This document shows positions 1-6,167 of a DNA stretch of 26,408 bases, in pieces (position 1 is the stretch's first letter; each line of letters starts with the position of its first letter). The stretch is taken from the NCBI GenBank assembly GCA_049423025.1, contig JBMSPZ010000001.1:1-26408 (forward strand), in the 5' to 3' direction. The notes under the pieces are model-generated. The model saw only the letters and a list, made by a program, of their open reading frames with translations. It did not search any database and was not told where the DNA came from. Both the position numbers and the translations under genes were made by a program. This DNA is from Rickettsiales bacterium (GTDB taxonomy: Bacteria; Pseudomonadota; Alphaproteobacteria; Rickettsiales; UBA1997).

Positions 1-139
1 CGAATTTGATTGCTCGGTTGCAATTTATAATTTGCTCTTCCAGCTTCACCACATTTCGGGGGGGTTCCGAATAAGATTATGTCGTATCTTAATAAAATGT
101 TATCTTCCAGCTTCACCACATTTCGGGGGGGTTCCGAAT
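1..139. CRISPR. CRISPR array, truncated by the window edge: two full 37-nt repeats plus the tail of a third, and two 30-nt spacers
   Basis: Identical TCTTCCAGCTTCACCACATTTCGGGGGGGTTCCGAAT at 36-72 and 103-139 (period 67). Window positions 1-5 (CGAAT) match the repeat's last 5 nt exactly one period earlier. Unique spacers at 6-35 and 73-102. Internal palindrome TTCGG-N7-CCGAA. Orientation unresolved. Confidence 0.88.
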
Positions 140-140
140 A

Positions 141-174
141 GGAACCGCCCGATTTATTGTGGCTGTAGATGGAA
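141..174. ncRNA. Inverted anti-repeat directly abutting the outermost CRISPR repeat (candidate tracr-like or scaffold RNA segment)
   Basis: Pairs with repeat 103-139: GGTTCC(130-135)/GGAACC(141-146), TCGGG(123-127)/CCCGA(148-152), CCACA(116-120)/TGTGG(158-162), CA/TG, CT/AG, TTCCA(105-109)/TGGAA(170-174). Hand count about 25 bp. Function is inferred. Confidence 0.6.
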
Positions 175-217
175 ATGATAATTCTGTTTTACAAAAATAT
201 GAAAAAAATTAAATAAA

Positions 218-246
218 AATTTAAAATTTATCATTTTTTTTAACAA
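218..246 (-). promoter_or_regulatory. Possible sigma70-like promoter reading toward the anti-repeat and array
   Basis: Minus strand TTGTTA(246-241)-N17-TAAATT(223-218). The region is very AT-rich, so a chance match is plausible. Confidence 0.3.
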
Positions 247-280
247 AAAATAATACCCCCTCTATTTCTAGAATTATTTA

Positions 281-360
281 CTGTGGCTGTAAATTTTATT
301 TGCATAAAATTAATTACCACAGTTGCTATAAATTTTATTTGCATAAATTTAATTGCCAAG
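281..360 (-). repeat. Tandem ~39-nt hairpin-forming repeat in the 3' flank of the HEPN gene
   Basis: GCTGTAAATTTTATTTGCATAAAATTAATTACCAC from 286 and GCTATAAATTTTATTTGCATAAATTTAATTGCCAA from 325. Unit 1 has stem AATTTTAT/ATAAAATT closed by CTGTGG(281-286)/CCACAG(317-322). The loop reads GCAA (GNRA) on the minus strand. Confidence 0.7.
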
Positions 361-370
361 ATTTTATTAC

Positions 371-2152
371 TTAATTTTTGGCGTTTATTTTTTTTAAAAC
401 TTGTCGATGAGCATCAAAAATTAAAGAAGTTTTAAGCGAAGAATAATAATGAAATTTGATTAACATTAACTTCTTCTTGTCAATTTGTTTATGTTTAATG
501 ATTTCCTTAATTTTTTTATTAATTATTTTATGGACTTTAGATCTTGGTTTGCTATTTTTTGAACAATTATTTTCAAGGTTTGCTTGGACTTTTTTTGAAT
601 TATTATTTTCTAAATTTGCATCGTCTTTATTGTTTTTATTAATCCTAATATCTATTTTTTGAAAATTACCATTTTCATCAGAAAATCGTAAAAATAAATA
701 ATCATTTTTGGTAAATAATTGATAAAGACGATTTAAAAATTCCTTGGCAATTTTATCTAAATTTTGGTGATGATATTCTTCAATAAAATCAATAGCGATT
801 TGCAAATTATTAGAAAAATTTTCTGCAATTGATAGGTTTTGCTTATCTTGCGAAAGCAATATTTGCAATATATTGGAGTGGTCAATATTGTTTCTTAAGT
901 TTTTAAAATCGTTATTTTTTAATATTTTTCTATATGTTCCTAAAATATTATAATCTTGCCATTGCTGTTTAGATCTTTGTTTAGAAGATATATTATGAAT
1001 TTGATTATATTGTTGATTAATTTTATCGTAATTATCATTCAGCTCATTAAACTTATCGGTAAAATAAATTCGAAATAAAATATTAATTTCTAGGGCAAAA
1101 AGATAGATTTTATTGATTTCTTCAAAAGATTTTTGATGATCTTGTTGAGCTTTTTGATTATATTTATTTATAAATTCAGCAGATTTTTTAGGCTTTTTTT
1201 CTTCATCAATTTTAATATCTTTTATTTGATAAGGAATCATAATTTGCTCTTTAATTTTATCATAATTTTCTTTACCGATAAAAACATAATTTGTGGCATC
1301 AATGGTTAATTTTCCTTGGTTCTTGTGCTTAGATTTTCTTGAAGCCGAGTTGTTTGATATATTTTTTTGTTTATTCTTGAAAATAAATTTTAATTGGTTA
1401 ATTTCTTTTAATAATTCATTATCTTTTTGTAGCTTCGAATTGATTTTTGTTATAAAATCTTTTTTATCTTTTTTTATCTTATCCAAATTTTTTTTATATT
1501 CAGAATCCTTAAATTCAGATTCTTTTTGATTGTCATTTAGTAATTTCTTAAAATCAAATAATTGGTGATAAATTTCGTTACATAAATCGTGCGGAAGTAT
1601 CTTAAACAAGCCACCTTCAAGATTTTCTAAAAGGTTTTTTAGAATATTTTCATCAATTAAATCATTCTTAAAATTAAAATTTGCTCTGGGAAATTTATTC
1701 CTTTCATCTTCGAATTTTTGATAGTTTTGATCATTAATTTTTTGATTATTATTTTTATTATTATTTTTATTATTATTTTTATTATTATCCAAAATATGAT
1801 GAACCAGCCAATCTCTTAAAACATTAATTTTGATAAAAATATCCTCGAAATTTTTTTCATTTATATCAATTAAATGTTCAAATTTAATCTTGTTATAAAA
1901 ATTTTCTAAATTTTCAGTATTCTTATATTTTGTATTAGTTAAAAATTCTGGCTTGCCAAAAAAATCAGATGACTTATTTTTTTCATCTTTAATATTAAAA
2001 GCATCATTTCTAACTTGGCTAAAAATCTTATCGCATAGCGAGATGCAGGCTAATATTCTAAAGCGAATATTGTTTTGCTTGGCGATTTTTAATGCAGGGG
2101 TAATGTTTTTATTCTCTTTCCCATTTGCTTCGCCAACTTTACTAGCCAACAT
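371..2152 (-). CDS. Putative compact dual-HEPN CRISPR effector (Cas13-like RNase), 593 aa
   Basis: Two RxxxxH motifs: LRDWLVH (R113/H118, nt 1816-1799) and LRNNIDH (R420/H425, nt 895-878). K/N-rich and apparently helical. Adjacent to a CRISPR array with 30-nt spacers. No RuvC, HNH or Zn-finger motifs seen. The ORF is solid; the family call is an inference. Confidence 0.7.
   Translation of the reverse strand: MLASKVGEANGKENKNITPALKIAKQNNIRFRILACISLCDKIFSQVRNDAFNIKDEKNKSSDFFGKPEFLTNTKYKNTENLENFYNKIKFEHLIDINEKNFEDIFIKINVLRDWLVHHILDNNKNNNKNNNKNNNQKINDQNYQKFEDERNKFPRANFNFKNDLIDENILKNLLENLEGGLFKILPHDLCNEIYHQLFDFKKLLNDNQKESEFKDSEYKKNLDKIKKDKKDFITKINSKLQKDNELLKEINQLKFIFKNKQKNISNNSASRKSKHKNQGKLTIDATNYVFIGKENYDKIKEQIMIPYQIKDIKIDEEKKPKKSAEFINKYNQKAQQDHQKSFEEINKIYLFALEINILFRIYFTDKFNELNDNYDKINQQYNQIHNISSKQRSKQQWQDYNILGTYRKILKNNDFKNLRNNIDHSNILQILLSQDKQNLSIAENFSNNLQIAIDFIEEYHHQNLDKIAKEFLNRLYQLFTKNDYLFLRFSDENGNFQKIDIRINKNNKDDANLENNNSKKVQANLENNCSKNSKPRSKVHKIINKKIKEIIKHKQIDKKKLMLIKFHYYSSLKTSLIFDAHRQVLKKINAKN
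1745..1788. repeat. 12-bp in-frame tandem repeat (ATTATTATTTTT x3.7) encoding NNKNNNKNNNKNNN
   Basis: Read directly from the sequence; lies just after the first RxxxxH motif. Confidence 0.9.
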
Positions 2153-2942
2153 CTAACACATCGCGCATTGAGTAGAAGCCCGGTTTTTGGGCGGTGCCCC
2201 AAATGCAAGCTCGAATTGCCCCTTTGGCAAAAATATCGCGATTTGAGGCTTTGTGGGCGAGTTCGAGTCTTTCGCCATCGCCAGCAAAAATCACATTATG
2301 ATCACCAATTACATCGCCACCTCGAATAGTAGCAAAGCCAATTTCGCCCTTTTGGCGTTTGGCGTCCTTGCCCATTCTTGCCATTACCGCATTTTTTTGT
2401 AAATCAACGCCACGGCCTTTGGCAACAGCATTACCAAGAGCCAAAGCTGTACCCGAAGGGGCATCGATTTTGCGGTTATGGTGCATTTCGACAATTTCAA
2501 TATCAAAGTCTTCGCGTAAAATATTAGCGGTTTTTTCGACTAAATTCATCAATAAATTAACTCCAAGCGACATATTTGCTGACCAAATAATTGGAATTTG
2601 TGAAGAAAAACTCGCAAAATTTTGCTTTTCTTCTTCGCTAAAACCAGTGGTTCCGCACACTAAAACTTTTTTATGTTGAGCACATTTTTTTACTAATTCC
2701 AAACTAAGTGCTGGCGAAGAAAAATCGATGATGGCGTCGGCTGATTGTACAAATTCATCAAGGTTAGTTGTAGTTAAAATATGATTTTTTTCAAAGCCAA
2801 GTAACTCCCCCAAATCATGCTTATCAAGCCCCGAAGAGGTGCGAACTAAACCCGAGGATAACTCGGCAATTGCATCTTGCATAATAAGAGTGGCAATAAT
2901 TTTGCCCATTTTTCCAGAAATTCCAGAGACTGCTATTTTCAT
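2142..2942 (-). CDS. dapB: 4-hydroxy-tetrahydrodipicolinate reductase
   Basis: N-terminal GxxGKMG dinucleotide-binding motif, DFS, GTTG, and the substrate motif EMHHNRKIDAPSGTA. Confidence 0.97.
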   Translation of the reverse strand: MKIAVSGISGKMGKIIATLIMQDAIAELSSGLVRTSSGLDKHDLGELLGFEKNHILTTTNLDEFVQSADAIIDFSSPALSLELVKKCAQHKKVLVCGTTGFSEEEKQNFASFSSQIPIIWSANMSLGVNLLMNLVEKTANILREDFDIEIVEMHHNRKIDAPSGTALALGNAVAKGRGVDLQKNAVMARMGKDAKRQKGEIGFATIRGGDVIGDHNVIFAGDGERLELAHKASNRDIFAKGAIRACIWGTAQKPGFYSMRDVLDVG

Positions 2943-3017
2943 AAATAAAAAATTAAATTGTTTTCTTTAAATTTAATGAAAATGAAATTTAAAAAAAAGC
3001 AATTTTATAAAAAATTT

Positions 3018-3884
3018 TTAAAGATTTTTTGCCAATTTGATAATTTCTTTGATTAAATTTTTGCGAACCGAGGATTTACGATAATAAATGCCAATGGTTC
3101 TAAAGGGTGCATTAAAAATTTTTACATAATTTATTTTATCATCATTTCGCACCGCAATTTCAGGCATCAATGTAATACCAGTGCCGTTTGCAACCATATA
3201 ACGCAGAGTTTCCAGCGAAGTCGCCTGAAAGTCGCTATTTTCATAAGCTTTAATGGTTGAACATATTTCTAAAGCTTGATTACGAAGGCAATGACCATCT
3301 TCGAGTAGCATTAATTCATGATTTTTGAGTTCCTTGATTTGAATTTTAGTTTTTTTAGCAAGAGGATGATTCTTTGGGGTGGCTAAAATAAATTTTTCAC
3401 TAAAAATTTTTTCACCGATGATGGTTTCATCAATTTGAGGCATAGCGAGAATGGCACAATCAATTTCGCCATTTTTTAATTTATCAATTAAATCATCGCT
3501 TTTGGCTTCAATTAAATATATTTTAAGCTGTGGAAATTTTTTATGCAAATTTTTGGTAAAATTTGGTAGATAATATGGTGCAACGGTTGGAAAGGCTCCA
3601 ATCTTGATTTCACCCTGCATTGGGTCTTTGAAGGTCTTGGCAATATTTTTCAATTCCTCACTTTCTCGCAATATAATTTCGGCTTTTTTTAAAATTTCTT
3701 CACCCGCAGGAGTAATTAAAAAATTCTGCTTGTCGCGCTCAAAAATATCGACGCCCAAAGTCTCTTCGAGCTTTTTAATTTGCATGCTCAAGGCGGGTTG
3801 GCTGACGAAAACAGCTTGCGAAGCCTTAGCAAAATTTTTTTGGCGAGCGACTTCAACGATATATTTTAAATCACGCAGGTTCAT
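3018..3884 (-). CDS. oxyR: LysR-family hydrogen peroxide sensor OxyR
   Basis: LysR HTH (NFAKASQAVFVSQPALSMQIKKLEE) and GHCLRNQALEIC with both redox cysteines at OxyR spacing. Divergent from dps. Confidence 0.93.
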   Translation of the reverse strand: MNLRDLKYIVEVARQKNFAKASQAVFVSQPALSMQIKKLEETLGVDIFERDKQNFLITPAGEEILKKAEIILRESEELKNIAKTFKDPMQGEIKIGAFPTVAPYYLPNFTKNLHKKFPQLKIYLIEAKSDDLIDKLKNGEIDCAILAMPQIDETIIGEKIFSEKFILATPKNHPLAKKTKIQIKELKNHELMLLEDGHCLRNQALEICSTIKAYENSDFQATSLETLRYMVANGTGITLMPEIAVRNDDKINYVKIFNAPFRTIGIYYRKSSVRKNLIKEIIKLAKNL

Positions 3885-3930
3885 AAGAAAAACTTATTAT
3901 TTTTATAAAATCAATATATTTAACTTATAA
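3883..3930. promoter_or_regulatory. Candidate OxyR operator overlapping the oxyR start
   Basis: ATAA(3883)-N7-TTAT(3894)-N7-ATAA(3905)-N7-ATAT(3916)-N7-ATAA(3927) resembles the ATAG-N7-CTAT repeat. The AT-rich background lowers specificity. Confidence 0.4.
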
Positions 3931-4081
3931 GTGATAATAGTTAGATTTCAAGAAGTTTTTATTCTCAATTTGAGGCGAAAAAAAACTGATTGGAATTTAA
4001 AAATTTAATTAATTTTATTGTAAAAAAAATTTAATTTAAAATTCTAAAAAATAAAGTAAATAATAAATTATGGAGTAAAAA

Positions 4082-4519
4082 ATGAAAAATCATAAAACTT
4101 TAGAAGCATTAGAAAAAATCTTAAGCGATTCCTATGTGTTAATGCTAAAAACCCAAAATTATCATTGGAATGTTGTTGGCAACAATTTCAAGCCTTTACA
4201 CGAGCTATTTCAAATTCAATATGAAGAATTATTCACTGCAATTGATGAAATTGCCGAGAGAATTAGAGCTTTAGGTTCAAAGGTTGACGGCACTTTCGCC
4301 CATTTTGAAAAATATAGCGATTTAAAAAACGCCAACAAAAATCTTTCCAGCCAAGATATGGTTAAGGATTTAATCAATGACAATCAAATTGTGGTTAAAC
4401 AATTACATGAAGCCATAAAAACTGCACAAGCCGAAGGTTATGAATCTAGTGCTGATATTTTTATTCAACGAGCTAAGTCTCACGAAAAATCAATTTGGAT
4501 GTTGCAGTCTTCTTTGTAA
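4082..4519 (+). CDS. dps: DNA starvation/stationary phase protection protein (Dps family)
   Basis: KTQNYHWNVVG, LHELF, DEIAERIRALG ferroxidase motifs; GGAG RBS upstream. Confidence 0.95.
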   Translation: MKNHKTLEALEKILSDSYVLMLKTQNYHWNVVGNNFKPLHELFQIQYEELFTAIDEIAERIRALGSKVDGTFAHFEKYSDLKNANKNLSSQDMVKDLINDNQIVVKQLHEAIKTAQAEGYESSADIFIQRAKSHEKSIWMLQSSL

Positions 4520-4543
4520 AAAAAATTTATTTTGACAAATTAT

Positions 4544-4576
4544 CGCGAATATGAAATGTTTATATTCGCGTTTTTT
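4544..4576 (+). terminator. Intrinsic terminator after dps
   Basis: CGCGAATAT(4544-4552)/ATATTCGCG(4562-4570) stem followed by TTTTTT. Confidence 0.8.
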
Positions 4577-4598
4577 ATTTAATTTCCAAAAATAATTT

Positions 4599-4838
4599 AT
4601 GAAAATAAATAACCCAATCAAGCAACATCTAATCGATACTGATGAGAATTATTTTGAGCATTTTGGTTTTGCTTTCAAAAATGGTTCGCGCTTGATTCTA
4701 GTTGCATCGGCATTAATTGTTCACTCAGTTTTGCCCTGTTTTTTTAAAACCACCGCCAGTAGAAATGTAAGCAAAATGAATGAGATTTTTAATGACCGAC
4801 GAAATCAAGCGCATCTTCGCAAAGCCAATAAAAAATAA
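4599..4838 (+). CDS. Small protein resembling the DUF6356 family
   Basis: HL..ENYFEH..A...G..L....ALIVHSVLPCFF..TAS pattern, recognised from memory. Confidence 0.6.
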   Translation: MKINNPIKQHLIDTDENYFEHFGFAFKNGSRLILVASALIVHSVLPCFFKTTASRNVSKMNEIFNDRRNQAHLRKANKK

Positions 4839-4841
4839 GCT

Positions 4842-6167
4842 ATGAAAAAAATTGCAATTATAGGTTTTGGTTTTTGTGGAATTATGGTATTTGGCAATAT
4901 TTTAAAAAAAATCTCTCAAGAAAAATCTAAAAATAACATCAAATTTATAATTTTTGAAAAAGATGGCCTGTCTTCTGTCGGAGCAGGTTTTAGCAATTTT
5001 AACGATAATTATATTTTGAATGTTCCTGTAAAAAAAATGAGTCCATTTGATGATCAGCCCAATTGCTTTTTGGATTTTTTGCAAGAAAATTATCCTGCAA
5101 TTTATGAAAAATCTGGAGCTGACGGCTTCGTTCCTCGCAATATTTATGGTGAATTTTTGAAAAAAATTCGCCAAGAGTTTTTTCAATTAGCTAGTGATTT
5201 AAAAATTGAATATGAGGTTTTTGAAAAGCAAGTTTTGGATGTTGAAGATGGCTTTAAAATTGTTGGCGATGGCATAATTATTGAAGCCGATGAAGTTGTA
5301 CTTTCTTCAAGTTTTCGACAATCGCAATTAAATTATGTTGAAAATGATGAAAATTTTATCTCGTCCCTATGGTCAAAAAATTCCGTAAATTTTCATAAAA
5401 AAAATAATTTTAATATTGATGACAAAATATGTATAATTGGCACTGGATTAAGCTCTGTTGATGTTTTGGTTGGACTTAATTCTAAAAATTTTTCTGGCAA
5501 AATTTATGCAATTTCTCGCCGAGGAAATTTTCCAAAACCGCATTTTTCTCATCATAATATTTTACCTACTAACAACCAAATTGATATTATCGATGAAAGC
5601 GATGCCAGAGCGGGAATAATTAATATCTCTTTAAAATTTAGAAATTTTTTAAGAAATTATAAAACTCTTGACTTGCGACATCTAATCGATTCAATTCGTC
5701 CGAAAACCAAATCTTTTTGGCATAATTTGGATGAAAAAAATAAAAAGCTTTTTTTAAAAAAAATTCTCCCTTATTGGAATATTTTCCGCCACCGCGTTCC
5801 AAATATTTCCCTAGAGATAATTGATAAAATGATTAAAAATAATCAATTACAAATTTTTAAAAACTCGATTAAATCAATTCATAAAAAAAATAATAAGTTT
5901 GTGGTTGATTTGGGTGGTCAAAAAATTGAATGTGATTATTTAATAAATTGCTTAGGATTTGATTTTAATGTTAAAAATTATCCATTAATTAATTCAATGT
6001 TGAATAAAAATTTATTAAAAAAAGATATGATTTTTATGCATAGCAACAACAGCAATATACATTTAGTCGGCGGGCTGAATATAAGTCGAGACTTCGAAAT
6101 TACTGCAGTTCCAGACCTTCGAGTTGATGCAAATTTAGTTGCAAATAAAATCTTTGCCAATATTTGA
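4842..6167 (+). CDS. FAD/NAD(P)-binding oxidoreductase (FAD-NAD-binding_9-like)
   Basis: N-terminal IIGFGFCG, LNVPVKKMS, FVPRNIYGEFL, second IIGTGLSSVD motif, SRRG. 3-nt gap from the upstream small gene. Confidence 0.8.
   Translation: MKKIAIIGFGFCGIMVFGNILKKISQEKSKNNIKFIIFEKDGLSSVGAGFSNFNDNYILNVPVKKMSPFDDQPNCFLDFLQENYPAIYEKSGADGFVPRNIYGEFLKKIRQEFFQLASDLKIEYEVFEKQVLDVEDGFKIVGDGIIIEADEVVLSSSFRQSQLNYVENDENFISSLWSKNSVNFHKKNNFNIDDKICIIGTGLSSVDVLVGLNSKNFSGKIYAISRRGNFPKPHFSHHNILPTNNQIDIIDESDARAGIINISLKFRNFLRNYKTLDLRHLIDSIRPKTKSFWHNLDEKNKKLFLKKILPYWNIFRHRVPNISLEIIDKMIKNNQLQIFKNSIKSIHKKNNKFVVDLGGQKIECDYLINCLGFDFNVKNYPLINSMLNKNLLKKDMIFMHSNNSNIHLVGGLNISRDFEITAVPDLRVDANLVANKIFANI

Noticed and set aside
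169-216. 15-codon plus-strand ORF (MEMIILFYKNMKKIK) in the array flank
   Set aside because: Too short, no RBS, expected by chance in AT-rich DNA.
141-370. Target-site duplication of the dapB 3' end flanking the CRISPR locus, analogous to the fumC islet
   Set aside because: No such copy found by eye in the window; it could lie beyond the truncated array.
371-2152. Type V (Cas12f/TnpB) or Cas9 identity for the 593-aa protein, suggested by its size and the anti-repeat
   Set aside because: No recognisable RuvC acidic motifs, CxxC zinc ribbon, HNH or Arg-rich bridge helix. Two RxxxxH motifs fit better. A structural search is still needed to exclude it fully.
456-2156. Plus-strand ORFs 456-662, 1293-1529 and 1953-2156
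   Set aside because: Antisense shadows of the AT-rich HEPN gene. Their hydrophobicity comes from reverse-complemented Lys/Asn codons.
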